This document shows positions 8,829 to 17,406 of a DNA stretch of 24,000 nt, piece by piece; within the stretch, counting starts at the first letter, position 1, and every line of letters begins with the position of its first letter. Source of the DNA: Klebsiella phage vB_KpnS-Fama; sequence record PV891803.1, one strand, 5' to 3'. Both the position numbers and the translations under genes were made by a program. The notes beneath the pieces were generated by a model. The model did not search any database, was not told the origin of the DNA, and was given only the letters and a program-made list of their open reading frames with translations.

Positions 8829-8933
8829 ATGAAAAACTTCTTGTGGGTAATCGCATCAATCGGTTTTGGTATTGTGGCCACTGGCTTCGGCCTTTGGGTA
8901 ATTACTCTTGCTGGTCATTTTAAGGGTTTCTAA
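8829..8933 (+). CDS. Small single-TM membrane protein (34 aa), not in the ORF track
   Basis: MKNFLWVIASIGFGIVATGFGLWVITLAGHFKGF*; ACGGAG Shine-Dalgarno upstream; TAA immediately followed by the Dam ATG. Confidence 0.65.
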   Translation: MKNFLWVIASIGFGIVATGFGLWVITLAGHFKGF

Positions 8934-9662
8934 ATGAAAGATATCGCAGACAAAGACACTCGTGACGCATTCATCACGTTTGAGCAACTGGAGCGCGAAA
9001 CGTTTATTGGCAACGCCCTTGCTACTGGCGGACACTATCAGGCTGTCAGGCCCGACAAGTTTTACCAGGTAACAGGAAACCGATACGCTGGGAGCAAAAC
9101 GCCTGATATCGTGCGCGATAAGTGGGCGACCGATCGCAGCCTGATCGCATACATGGAAGAGCGTTACGGCCCTTACGATCTTGATGCCGCCGCAGACCAA
9201 AGCAACGCAGTTTGCCCGAAGTTCTATGACGAAAAAACGGATTGTCTTAAACGCTGGTGGGGTAAAAACAAGCACGTCTGGTTGAATCCGCCTTACTCGT
9301 TTCCAGATCCGTTCGTGCTCAAAGCCATTGAGCAAATGGAGCACGACAACCAGATCGACATTCTGCTACCCGGCGACAATTCTACTGCCTGGTTCCGTGA
9401 CGCGCAGAAGATGGCCGCCGAAATTATCTGGATTGTTGCCGATGTTGAAGAGGATGATGACGGGAACCAGTTAAGCCGATCCGGTCGCCTCGCCTTCATC
9501 AATGGATTAAGCGGGAAGCCAGTCGACAACAACAATAAAGGAAGTGTTATTTTCATCATGCGCAAACTCAAGCCGGGAGAGGAGCAAAAGACGCTTTACA
9601 TTCCGGTAAGCGAGATTTGCCCTTCATTAGCTAAAAAGCGTATGCGCAAACGTGGGATCTGA
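8934..9662 (+). CDS. dam: Phage DNA N-6-adenine methyltransferase (Dam type)
   Basis: DLDAAADQSNAVCPKFY...HVWLNPPYS: NPPY catalytic motif and the phage Dam-family context. Confidence 0.9.
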   Translation: MKDIADKDTRDAFITFEQLERETFIGNALATGGHYQAVRPDKFYQVTGNRYAGSKTPDIVRDKWATDRSLIAYMEERYGPYDLDAAADQSNAVCPKFYDEKTDCLKRWWGKNKHVWLNPPYSFPDPFVLKAIEQMEHDNQIDILLPGDNSTAWFRDAQKMAAEIIWIVADVEEDDDGNQLSRSGRLAFINGLSGKPVDNNNKGSVIFIMRKLKPGEEQKTLYIPVSEICPSLAKKRMRKRGI

Positions 9663-9665
9663 AAA

Positions 9666-9902
9666 ATGGAACAGATAGAATCTTTCACCGAGTATCTTCG
9701 GATCGTTGTTGAATTGCTGGACAAATACGGCTTCATTGGGACGGATGAGGAAAAGTTAGCCTTTGCTGACACCATCGACGGAACCTACATGGAGTTCATG
9801 GACAACGGAACCCCGGTCGCTGACTGGCCAGAAATTCTTGAACGAGAATTGATTGAGTTTAAATCGCATGAAGGCGCGGAGTATTTCGCAAAACAGCACT
9901 AA
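9666..9902 (+). CDS. Hypothetical protein, 78 aa
   Basis: ORF with tight spacing to dam; its stop lies in the next box. Confidence 0.7.
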   Translation: MEQIESFTEYLRIVVELLDKYGFIGTDEEKLAFADTIDGTYMEFMDNGTPVADWPEILERELIEFKSHEGAEYFAKQH

Positions 9903-9936
9903 TTGCTAAACAATACCCGCCGCGTGCGGGTATTAT
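9894..9936 (+). promoter_or_regulatory. Module copy 6: box + hairpin + -10
   Basis: CAGCACTAATTGCTAAAC; TTGCTA(9903)-N22-TATTAT(9931); hairpin AATACCCGC-cgcgt-GCGGGTATT. Confidence 0.7.
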
Positions 9937-9966
9937 TACTCCATCAACCAATCAGGAGCAAACGCC

Positions 9967-10203
9967 ATGAAAACCAAAACCATTGCAGACACCATCAAGA
10001 TCGTACCAGCAAAAGCGCAAGTTGTATCTCGCCACCTGGTTAACCTTTCTCGCCTGTGCATGGCAGACTACATGGCGAACCCTTCAGAGAATGGCCTTGA
10101 TGGTGTAGTCGGTGAGATTTATTTTCGCGCCGGGTACGGCCTGGAAAGTGTGGCCATGTATGAGCAAATGGCCGAAGGTTTTTGCATTTACGGTGACGAA
10201 TGA
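9967..10203 (+). CDS. Hypothetical protein, 78 aa
   Basis: ATG 31 nt after the module -10, preceded by CAGGAG. Confidence 0.75.
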   Translation: MKTKTIADTIKIVPAKAQVVSRHLVNLSRLCMADYMANPSENGLDGVVGEIYFRAGYGLESVAMYEQMAEGFCIYGDE

Positions 10204-10451
10204 TGATTGTAGAAACTGGTCGCGCTGCCGTATGGCAGCACGCAAAAGAAGCAGGAATAAGTGATGATATCGTTAAGATCTCGAAGTATTTCGATATAAA
10301 AGATGTATCAATTATTTTTGGTGGAAAGCTCACCTACCTACACGAGCGCCCGGTGAAGCGCACGCGAATAGCAGTAGCAACGCGAGCGGAGGCAGACGCG
10401 CTGAAGATGTTCATACACGAGTCAAAGCAGACCAAAAAATATTACAAGTAG
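10200..10451 (+). CDS. Hypothetical protein, 83 aa
   Basis: ATGA overlap with the preceding ORF. Confidence 0.65.
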   Translation: MMIVETGRAAVWQHAKEAGISDDIVKISKYFDIKDVSIIFGGKLTYLHERPVKRTRIAVATRAEADALKMFIHESKQTKKYYK

Positions 10452-10465
10452 CGGGGGCGTGAAGA

Positions 10466-10543
10466 ATGCGATATATTGCGATCTTATTTACGGCGATCCT
10501 GTTTACGATCGCAATCATTAACTATGCAATTCAATTGGGATAA
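10466..10543 (+). CDS. Possible 25-aa membrane peptide, not in the ORF track
   Basis: MRYIAILFTAILFTIAIINYAIQLG*; sits between two ORFs with no other explanation. Confidence 0.4.
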   Translation: MRYIAILFTAILFTIAIINYAIQLG

Positions 10544-10546
10544 ATT

Positions 10547-11677
10547 ATGTCACCTAAAATCACAGACGAAGAATTTTTAGCCTCCCGCGAGGAGGGGAAA
10601 ACATACCGCGAGATCGCGGAAGAGTTCGGCATGAACATTCGAAGCGTTGAACGTCGAGGCGTTCGCCTGGCGCGACAAGGCCACCTTCACGGAAACAGCC
10701 ACGTTGCGAAGCATATCCCGGACGGCTTCGGCGTCAAAGGCACATCAACCATGATTCGCGCCAATGGCGAAGAGGTCGTGCGGTGGGTCAAGTCGGAAGT
10801 AGACCGCGATCGCATGATCGCTTTGATGGAGGCGGCGCAGGCGTCTTTCTGCGAAGACCTGCCGCGAGTCGAGCCGCAACCGCTGGATGAATCGAAGTTC
10901 TACATTGAAGATCAGCTTGCCCTGTACCCGATCTTCGACTTGCATATCGGGGCGATGGCGCACAAGCACGAATGCGGCGAGAACTATGACACCAGCACGG
11001 CTGAGAAGGTTCTAAACCGCTTCTTTGATTATTCCGTGTCGGTGGCCCCGCAATCCCAAAAAGCTGTTTTGCTGGTCGGTGGCGACTTCCTTCACAGTGA
11101 CGGACTGGACGCAGTAACCCCGGCAAGCGGCCACGTTCTCGATCAGGATAGCCGTTACGCAAAACTTGTTTATGTGGCCATTCGCTCCCTGCGTCGCGCC
11201 GTGTCGCTACTGCTTAACAATCATGCGGAAGTTGAAGTGCAGGTGATTGAAGGCAACCACGACCAGGCCGGGATGATTTGGCTACGCGCAGCGCTGGCGG
11301 CGTTCTATGAGAATGAGCCTCGCGTTTTTGTTGATGTTAGTCCGGCGATCCTGCATCGCACCTTGTGGGGCAAAACCATGCTTGGCTATACGCATGGCCA
11401 CACGATGAAAAAGCCGGAAACGCGCCTTGCTGCGATGGCTACCGACTTCCGTAAGGAGTTCGGCCAGTGCGACTACATTTACACGCATTCCGGCCACTGG
11501 CATCACCAGACTGTAACGGAACACTCATTAGGAATTGACGAAGTGCATGGCCAGTTAGGCGCAAAAGATGCCTACGCCGCACGCGGAGGATGGCGTTCAT
11601 ACCGACAGGCTGCGGTGATTCTGTACAGCAAAGAATATGGCGAAGTAGGCCGCTTTATCTACCGTCCGAACATGTAA
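10547..11677 (+). CDS. Calcineurin-like metallophosphoesterase with N-terminal HTH-like region
   Basis: Motifs FDLHIG, GGDFLHSD, GNHDQ, GHWHH; N-terminal SREEGKTYREIAEEFGMNIRSVERR. Confidence 0.85.
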   Translation: MSPKITDEEFLASREEGKTYREIAEEFGMNIRSVERRGVRLARQGHLHGNSHVAKHIPDGFGVKGTSTMIRANGEEVVRWVKSEVDRDRMIALMEAAQASFCEDLPRVEPQPLDESKFYIEDQLALYPIFDLHIGAMAHKHECGENYDTSTAEKVLNRFFDYSVSVAPQSQKAVLLVGGDFLHSDGLDAVTPASGHVLDQDSRYAKLVYVAIRSLRRAVSLLLNNHAEVEVQVIEGNHDQAGMIWLRAALAAFYENEPRVFVDVSPAILHRTLWGKTMLGYTHGHTMKKPETRLAAMATDFRKEFGQCDYIYTHSGHWHHQTVTEHSLGIDEVHGQLGAKDAYAARGGWRSYRQAAVILYSKEYGEVGRFIYRPNM

Positions 11678-11714
11678 CCACAACGGCCCCGCGAGGGGCC
11701 AACAAGGAAAACCG

Positions 11715-12203
11715 ATGAATAGAAATATCTGCATTTTCGATCTCGATGGCACGCTTTCCGACGGAACCCACCGCTTGCACCTGCTGCCGAAAAAAGATCT
11801 CCACCTTACAGAAAGTTGGAGCGAATTTAATGGCGCGTCAATTGGAGACAGCCCAATCCAAAGCACTATTGACGTGGCGAATGCGCTTTATCGATCCGGA
11901 ATGACCGTTATCATCCTGACTGGCCGATCCGATGAGGTGAAGACCGAAACAATGATTTGGCTTGACCGCTACGGGGTGAAATATGACAGCCTAATCATGC
12001 GCCGCGCCAGCGATAACCGTAAAGACATGGTAATCAAGGAGGAGGAGTTACGCAAAATCGGACTTGATCGCATTGTTGCGGCATGGGATGATTCACCCAA
12101 TGTTATTGCGCACTTGCGCGGCCTGGGTATTACGACTTACCAGGTCTGCGACTACGGCGAAAATCTTCACGAGCACTTGAAATCTCACGGAGTAGACAAA
12201 TGA
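11715..12203 (+). CDS. HAD-superfamily phosphatase (polynucleotide kinase 3'-phosphatase-like)
   Basis: DLDGTLSDGTHR, ILTGR, late acidic motif AAWDDSPNV. Confidence 0.82.
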   Translation: MNRNICIFDLDGTLSDGTHRLHLLPKKDLHLTESWSEFNGASIGDSPIQSTIDVANALYRSGMTVIILTGRSDEVKTETMIWLDRYGVKYDSLIMRRASDNRKDMVIKEEELRKIGLDRIVAAWDDSPNVIAHLRGLGITTYQVCDYGENLHEHLKSHGVDK

Positions 12204-12781
12204 AAAATGTAATTATCCTCAATGGAGCGCCTGGCATCGGAAAGGACACTATCGCGGAAATCATCTCGCGGAAGTGGGAATACAAGAACCTTAGCTTCAA
12301 ACAGCCGATGTTTGCCATTGCTCGTGCTGTGCTGGGATCGGCTGATTTTGCACGCTTTACTGCCAGATACCACGATCGCAAGCACAAAGAAGTGAAATGC
12401 GATTTTTTGGGCGACCGTTCTCCGCGTGAATTCATGATTCACATTAGCGAAAATTTCATCAAGCCGACCCTTGGCAAAAATCAGTTCGGCAAGTTGCTTT
12501 GCGATTCAGCGCTAACTTCGCCGTTTAACTGCATCGTCAGCGACGGCGGTTTTGATGAGGAGGTCGAGCACGTCGCAGCGCATGAGGCGCTTAACGTGTT
12601 TGTCGTCCGCCTTCATCGTGACGGCATGACCTTTGAGGGTGATAGCCGAAAGCATATTCGACGCCCGGATCTTATTTGCGACACTTACCATGAACTCGAT
12701 TTTGATATGACCACTGGCGAGCCGGAAGACGACGCGCAAAAAATCCTTGATATGGTGTCAGATGTTGCATTAAAATTATAA
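12200..12781 (+). CDS. P-loop (deoxy)nucleoside monophosphate kinase-like protein
   Basis: Walker A NGAPGIGKDT at the N-terminus; ATGA overlap with the HAD gene. Confidence 0.72.
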   Translation: MKNVIILNGAPGIGKDTIAEIISRKWEYKNLSFKQPMFAIARAVLGSADFARFTARYHDRKHKEVKCDFLGDRSPREFMIHISENFIKPTLGKNQFGKLLCDSALTSPFNCIVSDGGFDEEVEHVAAHEALNVFVVRLHRDGMTFEGDSRKHIRRPDLICDTYHELDFDMTTGEPEDDAQKILDMVSDVALKL

Positions 12782-12815
12782 AGTTAATGCCTTTATTATC
12801 ATCACCTTAACTATT

Positions 12816-12843
12816 GGGAACCTTGATGGGTTCCCTTTTTTTT
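12816..12843 (+). terminator. Intrinsic terminator
   Basis: GGGAACC-ttgat-GGGTTCCC followed by T8. Confidence 0.88.
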
Positions 12844-12871
12844 GTTCTTAATTTGGCCTAATGCATATATC
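12842..12871 (+). promoter_or_regulatory. Candidate promoter of the lysis cassette
   Basis: TTGTTC-N18-TATATC directly after the terminator; -10 is 37 nt from the holin ATG. Confidence 0.35.
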
Positions 12872-12907
12872 ATCACCTTACCATTTAACTAACAGAGGTT
12901 GCATATC

Positions 12908-13123
12908 ATGCGAGAATTCATCAACGCGGCAACCAATAGCAGCGGTGGCGTTGCCCTCGCGGGATCTGCAACCGGGCAATTAATCATTGCTGCCATTGGC
13001 TTATTTTTCATGATTCTATTCGGCTCATTCGGCGCGTGGTTGCGCTGGCGAGATTCAAAGGCGCTTCGTGAAGCGCTGGAAGCCGGGGATATCAAAACGG
13101 CGATGAAGATCAGGAGTAAATAA
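12908..13123 (+). CDS. Holin
   Basis: About 71 aa, hydrophobic segment(s) [26 protein letters not shown] with a charged C-terminus, directly before the endolysin; ATG at 12908 preceded by GAGG. Confidence 0.75.
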   Translation: MREFINAATNSSGGVALAGSATGQLIIAAIGLFFMILFGSFGAWLRWRDSKALREALEAGDIKTAMKIRSK

Positions 13124-13124
13124 C

Positions 13125-13607
13125 ATGGGGATTAAAACGCGGGTTACATTCGCGGCGGCGGTGGCGATCGCGGTCGCGTTCCTCCCCAAAGTGGAGGACA
13201 CGAAATACAATGTTTATATGGATATCGCTGGCGTCCCAACTGTATGCGAAGGCATCACAGGCCCGGACGTTATCAAGGGGAAAACATATACCCGGTCAGA
13301 GTGCGACGCGCTTTTAACTAAGCATATCCAGGTGGCGAAGCGAACCGTTGACAGCAAAATCAAAGTCGATGTTCCGGACACCTTCAGGGCGTCGATGTAC
13401 AGCTTTACGTTCAACGCTGGCGGCGGCGCATATTCTGGCAGCACCATGCTGAAGTTAACGAACCAGGGCCGATTGCGCGAGGCGTGCGAGCAGCTATATC
13501 GCTGGACGTACTACCGCAACCCGAAAACGGGAAAGATGGAGAAGTCGAAAGGCTTGCATAATCGCCGGGTTCAGGAATATCAACTATGCATTAAGGAACT
13601 GAAATGA
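13125..13607 (+). CDS. Endolysin, GH24 lysozyme with signal-arrest-release-like N-terminus
   Basis: E-8aa-D-5aa-T spacing in [21 protein letters not shown]; hydrophobic N-terminus [15 protein letters not shown]. Confidence 0.88.
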   Translation: MGIKTRVTFAAAVAIAVAFLPKVEDTKYNVYMDIAGVPTVCEGITGPDVIKGKTYTRSECDALLTKHIQVAKRTVDSKIKVDVPDTFRASMYSFTFNAGGGAYSGSTMLKLTNQGRLREACEQLYRWTYYRNPKTGKMEKSKGLHNRRVQEYQLCIKELK

Positions 13608-14029
13608 GCACATTAAACTTTCAACGAGCGCTGGCCATCGGCTTTATCGTGTGGGCGGCTGCCGTCGTTTCCGGTTGCGCGTCAAGCGTCCCAATCCTTT
13701 CCGATCTGGTTGGTAGCAAGCCGGATATGACGGCGCAAGTCGGCGCGGAGAACGTGAAACAGGCGGTTGGCGTGACCAACAAAACGGACACCTCAAGCAA
13801 GCAGGAGACCACGTTCAAAGAGTCGGCTGTAGGCAAGGTTGACACGTCGAACAAGAAATCCGTAACGACCTCCAGCATTCACGCCAACCAGATCACGGCG
13901 GACAAGATCGAGATCCGGAATGATGAAAGCGGAAGCCTGATTCCGTGGCTGATTGGTGGTGTTGGGGTGGTAATGCTGGCGATCGGGGTGTTCGGTCTTT
14001 GGCGGGAACGAAAAAACAAAGGGGCGTAA
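13604..14029 (+). CDS. Unimolecular spanin (u-spanin) candidate
   Basis: Lipobox VSGC near the N-terminus, C-terminal [24 protein letters not shown], position after holin-endolysin; the T1 gp11 architecture. Confidence 0.72.
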   Translation: MSTLNFQRALAIGFIVWAAAVVSGCASSVPILSDLVGSKPDMTAQVGAENVKQAVGVTNKTDTSSKQETTFKESAVGKVDTSNKKSVTTSSIHANQITADKIEIRNDESGSLIPWLIGGVGVVMLAIGVFGLWRERKNKGA

Positions 14030-14040
14030 TGCCCCTTTTT
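14018..14040. terminator. Bidirectional intrinsic terminator between convergent genes
   Basis: AAAGGGGC-gtaat-GCCCCTTTTT; A/T runs flank both sides. Confidence 0.85.
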
Positions 14041-14244
14041 CTATATGTACCGTTTGACGTGCAATAGCGCTACTCCGTCTTCATCGTTAAGACCATGTTC
14101 AACCGTGTTGGTTGCGGCCATTCCTTGATAGAGCAAGATGAGCGCGGCACGCAAGTAATTTTCTGGTGTGATCTGTTTCACGCAAACAAGCCTGTGAACT
14201 TCCGTTATCAGATCTTCCACCTGGTTTCCCGAAAAGCTGTTCAT
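14041..14244 (-). CDS. Hypothetical small protein (possible separate gene or frameshift extension)
   Basis: MNSFSGNQVEDLITEVHRLVCVKQITPENYLRAALILLYQGMAATNTVEHG..., a protein-like composition overlapping the 3' end of 14099..14563. Confidence 0.5.
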   Translation of the reverse strand: MNSFSGNQVEDLITEVHRLVCVKQITPENYLRAALILLYQGMAATNTVEHGLNDEDGVALLHVKRYI

Positions 14245-14563
14245 CACTGAGTTGGTCAAGGTGCATCATCTCCCACATATATCGGTTATCCATCCCTTCG
14301 AACGACCGGAAATCAAAGCCTATCTCCCTGTTATCCGGCCCCGTACACCACACAGCGCCGTTTTTTCCGTCAAGGTATCCATTCGTATAGCTTCGCGCTA
14401 AAAACTCCTTAGAGACCATTGACGCAAATATTCTGCGAGTGACATTCGCCGCATTTGCAATTCTATCACTCTCTCTGTGTGAATACACGAACCTCGCAAG
14501 ATCCTGTCGGTTGAATTCTTTACGTGACTCGCAGAATCGGTATACATCAAGAAGAAACGCCAT
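14099..14563 (-). CDS. Hypothetical protein
   Basis: MAFLLDVYRFCESRKEFNRQDLARF... from ATG at 14563 with AAGGTGG upstream. The last 50 or so residues look less protein-like. Confidence 0.5.
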   Translation of the reverse strand: MAFLLDVYRFCESRKEFNRQDLARFVYSHRESDRIANAANVTRRIFASMVSKEFLARSYTNGYLDGKNGAVWCTGPDNREIGFDFRSFEGMDNRYMWEMMHLDQLSDEQLFGKPGGRSDNGSSQACLRETDHTRKLLACRAHLALSRNGRNQHG

Positions 14564-15089
14564 AACCAACCACCTTTTCATTGCCGTGATTTTCATGGAA
14601 ACCATATTGACGCTCCGCCGCCTTTCTGGCCGCGACCGCATCATCTAAGTTGTCGAATAGACCAAGGTGCCTTTGCTTTCCGTCAACCTTTATCTGAACT
14701 TTCCACTTGCATTCTCTCTTGAACCAATGAACTCCAGTCACGCCACTTGAGTTGTCGCATCGCCTTGTCGTGTTCTTTTTGTTACCCTTACTGCTGACCA
14801 AGCGCAAGTTTTCGATCCTGTTATCATTGCGAATATGGTTTTCGTGGTCAATCTCCATACCTTCTGGTATTGGCCCTTTATGCATCTCCCATATAATCCG
14901 GTGAGCCTTGCGAAATACACCCCTAACCTTTATTACCACATACCCGTTACTATTCTCGCCACCAGCCTCATCGCCAACCTTCACACGATTGCAGGTGCTA
15001 ACCTTCCAAAACAACTTTCCATCACTATAGATAAACAGTCGCCGGAACTCGGCGACGTCTTCCATCGTGCTAACTTTTGCTCTTGACAT
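14547..15089 (-). CDS. HNH homing endonuclease with AP2-type DNA-binding domain
   Basis: KAHRIIWEMHKGPIPEGMEIDHENHIRNDNRIENLRLVSSKGNKKN (HNH) then SSGVTGVHWFKRECKWKVQIKVDGKQRHLGLFDNLDDAVAARKAAE (AP2). Confidence 0.92.
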   Translation of the reverse strand: MSRAKVSTMEDVAEFRRLFIYSDGKLFWKVSTCNRVKVGDEAGGENSNGYVVIKVRGVFRKAHRIIWEMHKGPIPEGMEIDHENHIRNDNRIENLRLVSSKGNKKNTTRRCDNSSGVTGVHWFKRECKWKVQIKVDGKQRHLGLFDNLDDAVAARKAAERQYGFHENHGNEKVVGYGVSS

Positions 15090-15091
15090 AA

Positions 15092-16660
15092 TTACCTCAT
15101 GAACGACGGGTTGATAAAGACTTCGGAATCCATCACGCAGATAAAGCCTAATTCCTCCATCTTCGGCAATAAGCGTTCCTTAATCTTTTTGCTCACCCCG
15201 GCCTGGCCTTTGAAGATCTTCAGGTTGCGGCAGGCGTTATAAATGCCCTGGACGGTCATAACACCTTTTGCCTGTTTGCAACGACTGGCGATAACGTCAT
15301 ACAGCGCTTTAATTTCCGCTCCCTCACCAGCAAAGCCGGAAGAGTCAGCCGACGACAAATACGTTTTGCTCAATTCATGGAACATGATGATCGCTTCGTC
15401 AATGGTCGCCGTGTCGATCTTCTTCGAGCGCTTCCCGCCGGGTTGCCAGTTCCGGATCGTGTGAATCACGGAAGCTAGGCGCATAACCTGCTTATCAAAC
15501 TTACCCATCGCACCGCGAAGCATAGTATGCGAATACTTTCCGCCGTCGCCTAACTCCGGTTCTAATTCCTGGCGGGCCTTGTTCAGTCTCCGCATGGCTG
15601 CATCCGTAACCTGCAACTTAACGTTTGATTCGCTCATAATGTCATGAATCAGCCGGAAGTAATCTGCCTTCAGTGACTGGTCGATCGGCTCATAGGTCGA
15701 ATTCCCGTTTTCGTCGATGAACACGCGCTCGCCTAAACGGGTTTGCTCACGAACCAAAAGGAAACGCTCCGAGACACCGATCCCGCGAGAACCCGCTTGC
15801 ATGATGGCGTCGATGGTTTCATCCTGTGCAATTACGCAAATGCAGCCCAAAGCCACGAATGACATGTTATTGCTAACGTCGGCACGAGCGATCGATACGT
15901 GGCCTTTATCCCATGCTTTGAGCACCAGTTCGCTGTTCGTCTTCTTGCCGCCATCGTTGCCATACGTGATCCCCAAAAGGCTGTTAACCGCCGTCGCCTC
16001 ATCCGAGATAACGGCAAAGTTGCCCTGGCGGTTGTTAATCTTCGCCAGGCCTTCCGGGGTGGTATCGGATACCGGGAAAGTTAGATCACATAATTTTTCA
16101 AGTTTCTCTTCCAGTTCGTCACGATCTTCGAAAAGTTTCACCATATCAGATTGCGATAACTCCCCTTTGAGCGCCTGCTTGTTGGCGGACAGCTTCGCCA
16201 TGATTTTCTTACGCTCCTTCTTGCGAGACTCGTTAATGCGCTCGACTTCGGCGACGATCGGATCGATGGCCAGCGAGTTAATGGCAGACTTACCAGCGGA
16301 AGGCGGCTGCGACGTGATAACGTAAAGCGTTGTCGGTTGCTCGCTGCCGTGGTACTCGACCCAAAAGCGACCCATCATCGCGGCGGACACGGTTCCGAGA
16401 AAGTGCATGTAAGCGGATGATTCCGGGAACTGAACAGAACGCGCTGCATTTAGCGCCAGCTTGCCGACCACATCGTAATCATTGGCGATCGAGATTGTTG
16501 GGTATTTATCCGCGTTTACGTCGATATCTTTGGGCTTTGGCCAGAATGAAACGGAGTCACGATACCCGTTCGCACGAATCGCAACGCGCAGGGGACTGAT
16601 CCCCTCCCTTTCTGCGATGGCGATAATATCTTGCGGTGATACGCGGTCATTTAAAAACAT
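15092..16660 (-). CDS. DUF3987-like P-loop protein (primase/helicase-associated)
   Basis: 522 aa, Walker A-like QPPSAGKSA, acidic motif VISDEAT; CAATCAGGAG ribosome-binding site. Confidence 0.72.
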   Translation of the reverse strand: MFLNDRVSPQDIIAIAEREGISPLRVAIRANGYRDSVSFWPKPKDIDVNADKYPTISIANDYDVVGKLALNAARSVQFPESSAYMHFLGTVSAAMMGRFWVEYHGSEQPTTLYVITSQPPSAGKSAINSLAIDPIVAEVERINESRKKERKKIMAKLSANKQALKGELSQSDMVKLFEDRDELEEKLEKLCDLTFPVSDTTPEGLAKINNRQGNFAVISDEATAVNSLLGITYGNDGGKKTNSELVLKAWDKGHVSIARADVSNNMSFVALGCICVIAQDETIDAIMQAGSRGIGVSERFLLVREQTRLGERVFIDENGNSTYEPIDQSLKADYFRLIHDIMSESNVKLQVTDAAMRRLNKARQELEPELGDGGKYSHTMLRGAMGKFDKQVMRLASVIHTIRNWQPGGKRSKKIDTATIDEAIIMFHELSKTYLSSADSSGFAGEGAEIKALYDVIASRCKQAKGVMTVQGIYNACRNLKIFKGQAGVSKKIKERLLPKMEELGFICVMDSEVFINPSFMR

Positions 16661-16693
16661 GCCCTTGCTCCTGATTGGTTAATCGTTCGGCTA

Positions 16694-16699
16694 ATCATA
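16694..16699 (-). promoter_or_regulatory. Possible -10 for the DUF3987 gene at module spacing, without a clear box
   Basis: Minus strand TATGAT, 34 nt upstream of the ATG at 16660. Confidence 0.3.
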
Positions 16700-16785
16700 T
16701 GCCGTATTAAATCCGAGATCCAGTGATAATCTAAACACGCTTGAAAAACGCGCTTGGATTATCGGGGCGCATGGCCCCGAACCCG

Positions 16786-17223
16786 TCACAGGTATTTAGC
16801 TTCGAAAGTCGTTCCGTCAGACACACTGAAGCCAACTTCCTCGCGGTACAGCGTCCAGCGGCATCCGTCACGGTCGAAGATGTATCCAGCAACCGCACCG
16901 AGCGCACGACCACTTTCTACCTGGTAGCGCTTGCCGACGCTGAAGGATTTTTTCATCGGGTTGCTATGGTCAAGGCCGACGCATTTTAGCGTTTTGGTTT
17001 TGAGTTCGATGAACGTCGCAACCGCCGCTCCGCCGTCTCCAGCAATAAACAACTCGCCGCTAACGCCTACCGACAAAATAATGCGCTTCTTCTTCAGTTC
17101 TACGTTGTCATATACCATCATTGACACGTTGCCTTCATCGTCGACGCGGGCGGAATAAAGGTTGTTTTCATGGATGTTAACGGCACGGCTTGACGTGCAT
17201 TTAATCTTGATTGACTTCGCCAT
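16786..17223 (-). CDS. Hypothetical protein, 145 aa
   Basis: Intact ORF, tightly packed with downstream and upstream genes. Confidence 0.7.
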   Translation of the reverse strand: MAKSIKIKCTSSRAVNIHENNLYSARVDDEGNVSMMVYDNVELKKKRIILSVGVSGELFIAGDGGAAVATFIELKTKTLKCVGLDHSNPMKKSFSVGKRYQVESGRALGAVAGYIFDRDGCRWTLYREEVGFSVSDGTTFEAKYL

Positions 17224-17406
17224 TTATTTTCTTTCTCCCATCTCGATATACAGGTTAACCAGATCCAGAAAGTCAGCTTTATTTCTGCAACTCAATTTAA
17301 AGCCAACGTGCGATTCGATCTTATTTTGCATTGCCGCCATCGTTGCTCCGCCGTTATTTATCTTCAGAACTTCGCGGCATACGTCAGCCAGTTTTTCAGA
17401 TATCAT
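17224..17406 (-). CDS. Hypothetical protein, 60 aa
   Basis: ORF abutting 17223 and overlapping the stop of 17396..17605. Confidence 0.6.
   Translation of the reverse strand: MISEKLADVCREVLKINNGGATMAAMQNKIESHVGFKLSCRNKADFLDLVNLYIEMGERK

Noticed and set aside
14547-15089. HNH gene as part of a group I intron
   Set aside because: Flanking genes are not split and no intron-like structured sequence is visible; it is a free-standing gene.
15717-16325. 202-aa plus-strand ORF antisense to the DUF3987 gene
   Set aside because: Overlaps a well-supported 522-aa gene; no Shine-Dalgarno, low-complexity Ser/Arg-rich translation typical of shadow ORFs.
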